Of a stretch of DNA of 41,818 bases, positions 25,655 through 36,491 are shown piece by piece. Every line of letters starts with the position of its first letter. The first letter of the stretch is position 1. Made by a program: the position numbers and the translations under genes. Source of the stretch: Gonapodya sp. JEL0774 (taxonomy: Eukaryota); assembly GCA_027604505.1 (NCBI GenBank), contig JADIIX010000041.1, positions 124,001-165,818 of the forward strand, written 5' to 3'. The notes under the pieces were generated by a model that was given only the letters and a program-made list of their open reading frames with translations, did no database searches and was not told the origin of the DNA.

Positions 25655-28073
25655 ATTTCTCATTGACACACCCAGGACACCGCATCTCGAACTGTTTGGT
25701 CGTCCTGGGGGACCCCTCGGGTTGCGCCAGGTGGGCCGCCACCACGTCGGCCATGGCGCGGACGAACAGGGGACTATCGTTGAGGGATTCGGCGCGGGTG
25801 AAGTGGGTGATGCCGGCCTTGGGGAGGGGGGGAAGGACGAAGGGGGCCGTGGGGGATGTGCAAACAGGAGGGGCACGGCACGGCAACGGCGCGGGTGGTG
25901 TGGGTCAGTAAAATAAAGGAAGTCGAACAAAGACCCCGCTTCGCACAGACGAGAGCCACCGTGACCAGCGCCACACAATAGACACAGACGAGCCAGCGTG
26001 ACACATGCCACAAAACAGAGACACCGAGGGGTGCACCCCTGCATGATCACGGTACACAAACAGACCAACCTCGCCGAAACCCCCCCCCCCCCCCCCCCCC
26101 CTCACAGCGAACCAACCTCCTTCGCCACATGCCCATACTCCAAATCCAACTCGAACAACGTCTCGATATGATCCGACGTGAAGGCGATCGGCACCACCAC
26201 GACCTCCTTGTGTCCCTTTTTCCCCAACGCCTCTATCGTGCTCTTGGTATCTGGCGTCAACCACCTCGAGGGCCCCACTTTACTCTGCCATGCAAGGCGG
26301 TACGGGTTTGAGTGGCCCAGCTTGTCCATGACGGCGTGCACGGTGGCGGCGACTTCGGCAGAGTAGGGGTCGCCGCGGCCGACCACGGAGAGGGGGAGGG
26401 AGTGCGCTGAGAACAGGAGGACGACGCGGGAGCGGACAGAGGGGGGGAAGGTGGCCAGGCGGGTGCGGACGCGGTCGGCGAAGGCCTGGAAACGGGAGGG
26501 GCGGGAGGGTGTGTGGAGGCGTGGGGGGACATGGAGGGTTGTCGGCAGGGCCGTCAAGGGGAGGAGGATGAAAGTGTTGGTCAGCATTGGACGTCAAGAC
26601 TGGCCGAGCGGCATGGGAGAGGTGGTGGGCCGCGGCGACCCATACTCTGCCGAAGTTATGGACAAGCTGGCACACACACACAACACACACACACCCTCTC
26701 TCATCTCTCATCTCTCTCTGTCATCATCACCCCACCTCGATCAACCCCGGATGCGTGGGCCACCTATCGATCACACTCCACTTGACGTTGCCCATACCCG
26801 TTCCCGCACCCGTTCCCGCTCCGGCTCCGGCTCCGATCCCTGCTCCAATCCCTGCTCCTGCTCCTGCTCCCGCACTCTTTCCTCCCTTGATCATCCCCGC
26901 CAACTCGTTCAGACTCGACCCCGTCGTGGAACACGAGTACTGCGGGTACTGCGAAAACGCCACGGCCCGGGTCACCCCGTCACGCGCCATGGCCGAAAGA
27001 GCGGTCGAGAGAAAGGGCGGGGCGTAGCGGAAGGCCACGTAGTGGCGGTGGGGGGCTGAAGGGGGCGGGACGGGGCGGGGCGGGGCGGGGCGGGGCAGGG
27101 AGGGAGGGAGGGAGGGAGGGAGGTGGGTGAGCTCAAGTCGGATGGACCAATGGGTCGATTGGTCGATATGGTCCATCCACAAGTCCGATGGACCAATGGG
27201 TCCACATGGTCCAACCACAAGTCAATGGGTCACTTGGTCCATGTGGTCCATCCACAAGTCAATGGGTCACTTGGTCCATATGGTCCATAATAGTCCGATA
27301 GACCCCAGGGTCAATCGGTCCATATGGACCGCAAAGTTCAATCGCCTCCGGCAGGGTCAATTGGTCCATATGGGCCTCACCGGCCCATATGGACCGCAGA
27401 ATTCATTCGCCTCCGGCGGACTCTGCCCGTCGCTGGCGCTTGGGCGGGGCCGGCCTCCGGTTCGCTTCGCTCACCTCCGGCCGGCTCGGGACTCACCCGT
27501 CTCAGGACTGATCTGATCCAATATCTTGACCATTTCCAGGCCCTGCTTCTCAGTCCACATGCCGATAGGACTTCCACCCCCAATCTGGGCGTACTGTTCC
27601 GCGACCTTGGGAGCGCGCCTTCTGGCAATAAAGGGAGCCAACAAGGACTGAAAGGGTAAGGGGATGAGGTCCTTGTCGGAGAAGAGGTTGAGGAGGAAAG
27701 GGTGGACGAGGTCGAGGGAAGGAGGGCCGCCCATGTTCATGAGGACGATTGCGGTTGGGCTTGTTTTGAATAGGAACGGGGGATGGGGGGAAGTTGGGTT
27801 GGGTGGTGTGTGGTGGAGGAGGAGGGAGAGGGAATTGGGGAAGGGGAGGGGAATGAATCGGAGTCCAGAAAGAAAGAAGAGAAAAAAAAGCAAAGCAACG
27901 TACGGTTTTGAATGAGCATTTGAAGAAGCGGCAGTTGCTGAGAGGGCGGGAGAGGGGGGAGAGAAGGGGAGCGGGGATGAGCGGTTAAGAAGAATGGGAG
28001 AGCACAGAAGAGGGGAACGGAAGATACCGAGAGAGCGGGAGAAGGAGGAGAAGAGAGAGCGAGAGCGCGACAT
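25655..28073 (-). CDS. HEM15: Mitochondrial ferrochelatase, multi-exon (final exon unresolved)
   Basis: Presequence from ATG 28073 ([15 protein letters not shown]). Motifs [108 protein letters not shown] and the C-terminal RCPGCVNEK(C). Confidence 0.97.
26622..26670 (+). repeat. Inverted (antisense) copy of ferrochelatase exon sequence inside intron 26486-26735
   Basis: 26622-26656 is the reverse complement of 26352-26386 with 2 mismatches. 26658-26670 matches the reverse complement of about 26317-26329. Confidence 0.9.
27137..27425. repeat. GGTCCAT/ATGGACC-rich tandem and palindromic repeat element in ferrochelatase intron 27056-27496
   Basis: 37-bp tandem units start at 27215 and 27252, with degenerate units upstream. 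A perfect 14-bp stem ggtccatatgggcc-tcacc-ggcccatatggacc lies at 27363-27395, followed by gcagaattcattcgcctccggcgg. Confidence 0.85.
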
Positions 28074-28233
28074 GGCGGGTGGGGGATGGGATGGTGGGGA
28101 TGGGTTGAGAGGGTTTGTGTGGTGTGGGATGAGGAGGTGCGAGGTCGCATCGGAAGTGGTCCGTGCACACTGCGCTGTGGTCACCCACCCCACCACCAAC
28201 CGCGACCAAACCGACCACCCCCCGAACGAACAG

Positions 28234-29154
28234 ATGGACCAAGGCGGACGTCGACAGCAGAACGACCCCGTGCTCTATGTCTGTGGTGGTGTGTACTCTC
28301 CCTATCTCCCTCCCGTCCCTCCCTCCCTCCCTCGGCCCTCCTCCCCTCTTCTTCTTCCCTCTTTCCCATCTTCTGATCCTCCTTCCTCGTATCCCTCCCC
28401 TCCCCCCGCACCCAACACTCTCCCCCGCCATTCCCTCTTGTGTCTAGAATGCGGTATGCTCCCTCTTTTCTTCTATCTTTTTTCTTCCTGTCTCCACCTC
28501 ACTCCCCCGCTCTCCTCTCCTCATCCCCCTCCCCCTCCCACCACTCTCCCAGGCGCTGACAACGAGGTCAAGCAAAAGGAACCAATCCGTTGCACAAACT
28601 GCGGTTACAGGTCTCTACCCCTCCCTCTTTGATCCTCCCGTTTTCCTCTCTCCACTTCATCGTTCCTTTCCCCCTCACCACTCCCTCTTCTCCTTCTCTC
28701 CCTCCTTTACTTTGACCCTACGTGGCACCGACCCCTCCCCACCCTACCCTCTCCAACCTCTTTAGAATCATGTACAAGAAGCGTACCAAGCGCAGTGAGT
28801 GTGGATGGGGGGTGGGGGTGTGGGAGGGAGGCAGTCCGCCGGAGGCGAATGAATTCTGCGGTCCATATGGGCCTCACGGGCCCATATGGACCAATTGACC
28901 CTTTGGATTTTCATGCCTCTCCCGACCGAACGGAGGCAGTCTGCCGGAGGCGAATGAATTCTGCGGGGGGCGCGGGAGCAGCCGCGCAGTTCTTAAGCCA
29001 GCTCTTAAGGGAACCAGTCGCACACGTCTTGCCCCCTCCACACCTCCCGTGCCCACCGTGTTCCTCGTTGTCCATACCCACCCCACCCCACCCCACCCTA
29101 CCCTTCCCCTTCCCTCACCACCCCACTGCAGTGGTCCAATTCGAGGCTCGATGA
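28234..29154 (+). CDS. RPC10: RNA polymerase I/II/III common subunit RPABC4 (RPB12/RPC10), 5 coding exons
   Basis: Exons 28234-28288, 28448-28453, 28553-28610, 28766-28794 and 29132-29154 splice to [56 protein letters not shown], the canonical zinc ribbon with the VQFEAR terminus. Confidence 0.96.
28831..28965. repeat. Second, inverted copy of the palindromic GGTCCATATGG element in the last RPC10 intron
   Basis: 28831-28901 is the reverse complement of about 27354-27425 except for the 5-nt loop and a small terminal indel. A partial repeat (ggaggcagtctgccggaggcgaatgaattctgcgg) recurs at about 28932-28966. Confidence 0.85.
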
Positions 29155-31239
29155 TGATGGAATGATGGAATGATGGACGGTAGACGGGTGGACGGGGAAC
29201 CGCGGACGGTCCCATGGAACCACGGTGCATTCTCCGACATCCCCCATCCATGGCGCCCCATCACGCATCTCGCATTATTCTTTTCACCTTTTCCGGACCC
29301 CGACCGACCTCGTGGTACGAGTGGCTTTCGTACCCTTCCTAACCTACCCTCGACTCCCTCGCCTTTCACCCAACACAACCACCATACCCAGTAACCAGTT
29401 TCAGTTGCAGTTTGGGCCCGACGGTCGAGTTCAATTCGATTGAACGGAATCCACTCCAAACCAAAATAAAAAACTCTACAAAACATAAAACACAAAATAC
29501 AAAATACAAAAACACAACAAAAAAAATATTTTTCATTCTCACCGTGCATCTGTCGTTTCGCATATCGTGTCATGTCGTGCCGACATGACGGACCCGGTCC
29601 GTCCGGTCCCATTCCCGGTCCAACCACGCCACCCGTTCCTACCGCCTCGCCTCGAACCGGATTGTGGCGGTAACCAGATACCAGGTAACAGTTTGCACCG
29701 CTTGGGCTGGCCCTCTTTGGGGTTTTGTTGCTGGTGTGCACCGTGCATTGGTGGGGGGGGGGGGGGGGGAAAAAGGATCCCTAGTCCCCCGAACATAACC
29801 AACAACGGACCACACCCAGCGGCCGGAAATCCCCCACCCTACACCCCCCCCCCCCCAAGCCCCCCAGGCACGCCCAACGANNNNNNNNNNGTGGGGGGGT
29901 GGTGCTTCTGGGTTGGTTGTTGCTTGGGGTTGCGTGCGGGGGCGGGGCGCGGGCGGCCCCCAAACTGCGTCCCTGCTGCACCGCACATTCCACACTACGG
30001 ACAACACCACGAGGCCGGTTCGACACCCACAGTCAGCCACGCACGCGCACGGCGCCCAGGCACTCGGATCGATGTACAGTGCAAGATACTACTTGAGCCC
30101 AACATCAAAAAAGGTATTCCACTCTGCACTCGCCACAGTCACTGCCGAACCAACCTTTTTACCACACACTCCCCCCCCCCATTGCGGCGGGGCCGGTGAG
30201 TGTTTGTTTCTGCGTGTGTGTGTGCTGTGTGTTTGTCGAGTTTCGGTTGGCGTGTGATCACCTCATCATCTGCGTATACATCATGTGGAACGTATGGTGA
30301 AGGGACTCCAGAGATAATGCGAGGTGGATGGATGCGGGCCTGGTGTTGGGTGTTGAGACCCGGCCCCCCCCCCCCCCCCCCCCTCCCCCACACGGGCGCC
30401 CCCGCGTGGCCCGGCCCTTGGACCATGCAAGTTGTAATGTGGCTTGTTTCACTTCATATGTATGCAGTCCCGAGTCTGGGTGTAAGAAAATGAGATTTGT
30501 CATGACGTGGGATACAGGTGGATACAGGTGGATAATAGGGCTACGGGGATGCTTAGTCTTTGTTTTACACACTGTTGAAAAGTGGATGAGTGATGAGGGG
30601 CGGCGGATTCGCGGGAAGGGCACCTGGTATTACATACTACATATACAAATGCTTTGAAAGCGAATCCCGCTGCTGCTATACCTAAAAACAATAAAGTATC
30701 GGAAACGCCTCCTCCTCACGTTTCATGAAATAAATAAAAATGTAGCTAACTTGTTCTCGTAAAACCCGCTCTGCACCTCTCGGTTCGTAATAATGAAACC
30801 ACCATTTTCGACCCCCGAAATCAGAATTATGGTGAATCCGCTGTGGCCTCGTCGTGGTAAATAAGGAGCCGATTCCGACTTCCCCGTCCCCCCAATCCCC
30901 ACCGCACTCTTTCTCACCCCGGTCGCCATTCAATCCATCATGACACCGTTTCCCTCAAAACACAGACCAGGAAGAGTCATCTTCGCCAATCCCGGACCCA
31001 CAAATGTGCGTGGTTTTGTCGTTGGCTGCCCACGTTGAATCGTTCAAGGGGGGTGTTGCTCTCCATGCTTCACCTCGGCGCCGGGGCCGCGGCCGCCCGC
31101 CCCCCCCCCGCCCCCCGCCCCCCCCCCCCGCGGCGGCGGGACGAGGGGAACCGCGTGTGGTTCGGGCGTTTTGAGTATGTTAGGCGACCACCCACGCCAC
31201 TCCAAGCCAAGCCCGATACCCCCGTCCTCCTCTTCCCGC

Positions 31240-34200
31240 TCACGCCTCACCTCCCACCTCGGCCCCCTTACTTCCCACGTCCTGTCTCAACCTCGCCACC
31301 TCCGCGGCATACGCGCGTTCCTTCTCCGCGAACCTCGACTCCATATCCGCCAGAGCAGCCGCCGCAGACTCCATCGCAGACGTGTCAACCGCGGCGATGG
31401 AACGGGCCGTGGCGGACGCGGAGGCGGTCGACAATCGCGTGGTGCCGGTGGTGGTTTCGGTGGCGGTGGGTAGGCCGGTGGGTCCGGCACTGCTCGAGGC
31501 GCGCCGTGGGGAGGAGGAGGGCGATCCGGGAGATACCGCCGCGGTGTCCGGTCCCTGCTGGTCCCCGGCCCCTCCACCCTCCGCCGGCGATATCGATCCC
31601 GAGTGCCCCGCGGCGGCTGCGGGCGTGGCGAGTCGTCCCGGCGTGGGCGTGGGCGTGGGTGTGGCGGCCCGTGACCCCACCGCTGACGCCGCGACGGATG
31701 GGGACGCGGACAGGGCCGCGGCCATGCCGAGGCGGGACGATGCAGAGGCGCTCATGGGGAGTCGGACGGCGGCTGGAATTCGACATGGAAGCGAAACGTC
31801 GAAACGTTGAACCGTCGAAGCGGCGCAAAAAACCAAAACCAAACGACGCGGCGCTTAATCAACACTACACTGCGCACTTTCCCCCCAAACGCCCACCCCC
31901 CCGCTCCCCCCTCCACCCACCCGCCTGCCCCGCCGCTGCCTTGGCCGCCCACACCTCCTCCTCCATCCGTTCGATCTTTTGCTCGTATTCCTTCACGGTA
32001 TCCTGCACGCGCTGCTTCATCTCGTCCAGCTCGGCGGTCCGGCGAGCAAGTTGGAGTTCCAGGACGCGCGTGCGGTCGGCCAGGGAGGCGCGGAGGGAGG
32101 TGACGTGGTGGAGGGAGGCGGTGAGCGTGGTGAGGCGGCGCTGGGGAGGGGGGGGGGGGGGGGGGGTGGGCGGGGTGGGGGTGGGTGGTGGGGGTGTGGG
32201 GGGTTGGGGGGGCGTGGGGTGGGGGGGGGGGGGGGGGCAGGGGGGAAAGTGGGACAGTGGGACGGAAGGAAATCGGATGGCGCGGAGGAATGTCCCTGTC
32301 CCTATCTCTCATCCTCATCCTCTAACCCCCTTCGCCCCCCCGCTCCCCCCCAACAACCCACGTTCCCCTCCACGACCTGCTCCCTCAGATCCTCTCCGAC
32401 CACCCTCTGCTCGTCCAACTCCCGCTCGGTTTCCTCGAGTTTCGCACTGGTGGAGGCCAGCAGGGTCGTTGTGGAGGCGTTTTCGGAGAGGAGGGTGCTA
32501 AAGGTGGGCGGCGGGGGGCGGGGTGTCGTGGGGCGTGTCTGGTGGGGGGTGTGGGGAGGCGGNNNNNNNNNNTTTGTGGGTTTGCTTGTTTAGTTTTTGT
32601 TGTATATTGTGGGCGGGGGGGGGCGCCTCCACCCCGGGTAGGGTTTCCACCACCTCCCCCCCCCCCCCCCCCCCCCCGGACAACAGACCGCGAACCCACC
32701 GCACCCGCCCCCGCAACTCGCCGTTCTCCTTCTTCAAGTTGTCCTCCGATGTGGCGAGGATGTCGCGTTGTTGGGTTAACGTCCTTTTTTTTGGGGTTTT
32801 TGGTTTCGGGGGGGGGCAGTGGCAGTGGCCGGGGGGGGGGAGGGTGTCGTCACGCGGCGGGTCATGCGTCGTGGTGGGGATGGATGTGTGACGTGTCAAT
32901 GACGGGCGCAGAGCACGGGGTGAGCGTGAGGAACGAGAGCAACGAGAGCACCGAGCGCCGAACGAGCGCGGGAGTCGGCACGAAAACACGATCCCACGAA
33001 CCACGAAAAAACACCAAAACACCACATCTCACGCTCGTGTCGTGCCGTGTCGTGCCGTGTCGCGTCGTGGTCCTCCTGGTCGTGGCTCGGACCCACTCGT
33101 GCCGGGCATCCTGCGCGCGCCGCCCTCCAATCACACCTCACCTCACCTCACGTCCCCCTCCAGTTCCTCGATCCGCCTGAGCGACTTGATGGCCGATGCT
33201 TGCGCGTCCGAGGTGGAGAATTCGAGGAGTCTTTGGGGGGAGGGGGAGGGGGGTTGGGGGTTGGGGGGGAGGTGGGATGGCGCGAAGGGGGAGGAGGAAG
33301 GGGGCAGGGGGTTGGTGAAAAGGGGAAAGATGGGGGAGGGTAAGGAACGCTTGCTTGGTCGGTGCATCCCAGTCGGGCGCGCCCTCGGATGTGGTCCATC
33401 CCCCATTGGGAGCCCTGGACAACGGCTGCACAACGACACATGGGCGGCACGGGGCCCCACCGCACAACGGCGCACAGGCGGGGGGTAGGGCACGCCACGA
33501 GACCACCGAGCCACCGAGCCACAGAGTCACCGAGCCACCGAGCCACTGAGCCACCGAGCCAGTGGTTGTCGGAGTACACCCACCCACCACCTGCACCACA
33601 ACCACACATCAAAGGGACATGTACGGTTGGGACCAGACACCGGACCCCAAGACTAGTCGCATGACATCCCCACCTCCTTGACTCCTTCACCCCACCCCCT
33701 CTAGCCAACTCACTCCACCTTCGCCCTCCACTCTCCCTCCCTCCTCTCCGCCTCCTCCATCCTGTCCTTGGCCTCGCGCTCCCCCCTCGTGGCTTGGTCC
33801 CTCTCTTCCCTGGCCTTGTCCCTCGCCGCGTCGGCACCTGCGACGAGTGCCAGGGTGTTGGCGAGGCGGTGTTCGGCGGTGAGGCGACGGTGGAGCTCGG
33901 AGGTGGCTAGGTGGTGGGATTCGAGACTGCGATGGGGGGTGGGGGTTGTGAGTTGTGTGTGGTGGGGGGCTTTCTTCTACCAGACAAACAACGCACGGAC
34001 AATCTCACTCATGCGCGCGTGTGTGTGAGGCGGGCCGGAGTGTTTCTCTCTGGGCGGCGGCTGCTTGAGCCCGCACCATCGGGACCAGCCCCATCCCACC
34101 GACGCACCAGGTGAACGCCGCCCACCGCCACAGCATCTCGCAGATCACAGGCGCGCCTGCCTCGGTGGTGGTCACACTGGCTCCGCTACTCACGCGACGA

Positions 34201-34633
34201 CTTCGGCCCTTGACTCCTTTGCGAACCTGGCCTTTGCGTTAGCGAGTGCGTCGTTTCTGTTCGCGAGTTCTGCCTGGATGACTCTGATGTCCCTTTTGAG
34301 AGAAGCGACGTTGTCGAGTGCAGCGAGTTCGTTTTGGCGAGAACGATTGGCGTTTGACTTGAGTTCGTTGCAGAGTTGGATGAGACTGTGGAGGGAGGAG
34401 GCGGACAGGGATTCTCCAGGGGTGGAGAAGGTGGGGAGGGGGGTGGAGGGCACAAAGGGCGGTGTGGCGTGCAGGGATGAGAGGGATGTGGGGGATGAGG
34501 GGGAGGCCTCAGACTGCCCAGTGGGTCCAGAGCAAAGCGAGCTGGGCTGAGTCAGATGCGGCAGTGGGGGCAGCGGGCTGAGTGGCCGCAGACTCCGTGC
34601 GTCATGTCTCCCTCGCACTCCTGCTGTGGCCAT
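31240..34633 (-). CDS. Uncharacterised long coiled-coil protein, multi-exon
   Basis: Successive GT-AG-bounded exons encode heptad-rich segments: LHSLIQLCNELKSNANRSRQNELAALDNVASLKRDIRVIQAELANRN, RDKAREERDQATRGEREAKDRMEEAERRE, AIKSLRRIEELE, NLKKENGELRGR, AKLEETERELDEQRVVGEDLRE, LELQLARRTAELDEMKQRVQDTVKEYEQKIERMEE and MESRFAEKERAYAAEVARLRQ. The 3' end is uncertain and an assembly gap lies inside the gene. Confidence 0.7.
33503..33561. repeat. 8-bp minisatellite (GAGCCACC)n in an intron
   Basis: ccaccgagccaccgagccacagagtcaccgagccaccgagccactgagccaccgagcca, about 7 units. Confidence 0.8.
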
Positions 34634-36491
34634 CCTGTTCTCCGCGCTGTCTGTGTCTGTGTCCTGTGTTGGTGTCTGTGTCTATGTCTCCCAAACCTCC
34701 CAACATCCCCTGATCGGGTGATCGCGATCTGATCGGGCCTCAGCTTGTCTTCGCATTCCCGCCTTCCCCCTCTCTTCTTTCTCTTCACTTGTTCCTCTCC
34801 CCACCCTTGGTCTCTTTTCTCTTTCTGATCTGTTCCTCCTCTGTTCCTCACATCGCTCTCTACCCTTGCCCTCACTACTAATACATACTCAACTCAATCA
34901 ACAGAATAGACCCGGCCTTGTTCCCAATGCCCCCTTCTCCAGTGTTGTGCTTCATGTCCGTCCATGTACATACTTCACAGAGAGCAGAGCAGATATGCGC
35001 CCCTTCCCAAACAATGCATTCAAAATAGTGTTTCTCTGAGTATTCCACATGTCACAATATGACAGTGGCCCCACTGCCGCGTTCCCTTCCATCCATCCAT
35101 CCGACTCTTAGAACCTGTTTGTGCGCGTATTACACCATTACACCACGACCTCCGCACACTCACCAACCCCCGCACATCGACTTCAGTCTACCAACCACGA
35201 GTGGTCAGTATGTACGTGGATTCTCCGCTCTCGTCACATCCTAAACTTCAAGTAAAATTACTTGATGCAGATCAGACAGGAGCGGGTGTAGACCGTGTGT
35301 ATGGGGATGAATGTGGTCGTGATGTGGAATAAATACACGGGAAATGAACGAGGAGGGCAGAGTGAGTTACACTCGGAAATCCCGGCCACCCCCATCGCAA
35401 GTCGCATCTTCGTTGAGATTGTTTTTTAAAACTCTCGCGCTCGTCTCTGGGCTCTGCCTCTGCCTCTGGCTCACTCGGGACCGGGGGGGTGGCTCAGGCT
35501 CCCAGTCCCGAAAAGCCACCGAAAACGCCGCCGGCCGCCAGCCGTCAGGCCACTCACTCTCCTCCTCTATTTCCAACGACAAAAAAGTATTTTGTAAACT
35601 TGACGGAACAAAAAGGGAAAGAAAAAACAAGCAGCGAGACCCTGCCAAGCGCCGGTCGGTTCACCATGATGTTACCTGGTGCCCGACCCTGACGGACCTT
35701 GGGAGACACTTTGGTGCCGCCCTGACCCGCACTCCGCTGGCAACTCGCACCTGTTTCAACATATACGCACTATAGGTGGAGCAAGGGGCAAAACCCGGAC
35801 CCCGTACCCCCATATAACCCCGTGTACGTCACCCACCTCGCTGATGGGCGGCCCAAGAAGGGTGCTCGTAGGTATGTTAGTGAACGGGAACATGGTCGAG
35901 GCACGCATGGTGTCAGTGCGTATGGCTGGCCCACCATGTCGGATGGTAAATTTGTCGTGGGAGTGGTGTGGGGAAATGGTGACGGGTGCACGGTGACAGC
36001 GGTTGGACATTACATATGTATCTACGTCCTCATAACAATCGCGGCCACACTTCAATTAAGAACACACACTTTTTCCGCCCGACTCGGAAAGACTGAACAG
36101 AACCTGGAAGGGAACAAGAAACCCGTCCGACGGTCACGGTCGCTATTGCAGAACACGGCAACACGGGTTCTACTCTGTCCCGACCACCACGCACACCCAC
36201 CCGTTAAAGCACACAACGCAAGCTCCTGCATGCAAACACGCAACACGCTGCCACTCGCTCCGTCGTCGTCCGATGCCCACCTGTAGCCCGCCCTTATTTA
36301 CCCCCCTCCACCAGGGCAGACCAGGGCGACAGGGGCGGCGGCCACTACCTGATCTGTGATGGGAGTGAGGGTGTCTCTCGGCGTCCTTTTGCCGACTCCG
36401 AATTTACACACCGAAAGCACAAAAACCCACCCAGAATGAACAAGGAGACGTCGCAGCCTGACACGCCCCTCTAACACACTCCACACACCCA

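Noticed and set aside
27137..27300. Regularly spaced repeats resembling a CRISPR array
   Set aside because: The units are contiguous tandem repeats without unique spacers, lie inside a spliceosomal intron of a eukaryotic gene, and there are no cas genes.
31035..32501. 488-aa + strand ORF and many other long Pro/Arg/Gly-rich ORFs
   Set aside because: Shadow ORFs antisense to real exons in very GC-rich, stop-poor sequence; no domain signal.
34640..36490. Possible ncRNA, tRNA or transposon in the long intergenic region upstream of PME
   Set aside because: No cloverleaf, terminal inverted repeats or transposase-like translation could be recognised by eye.
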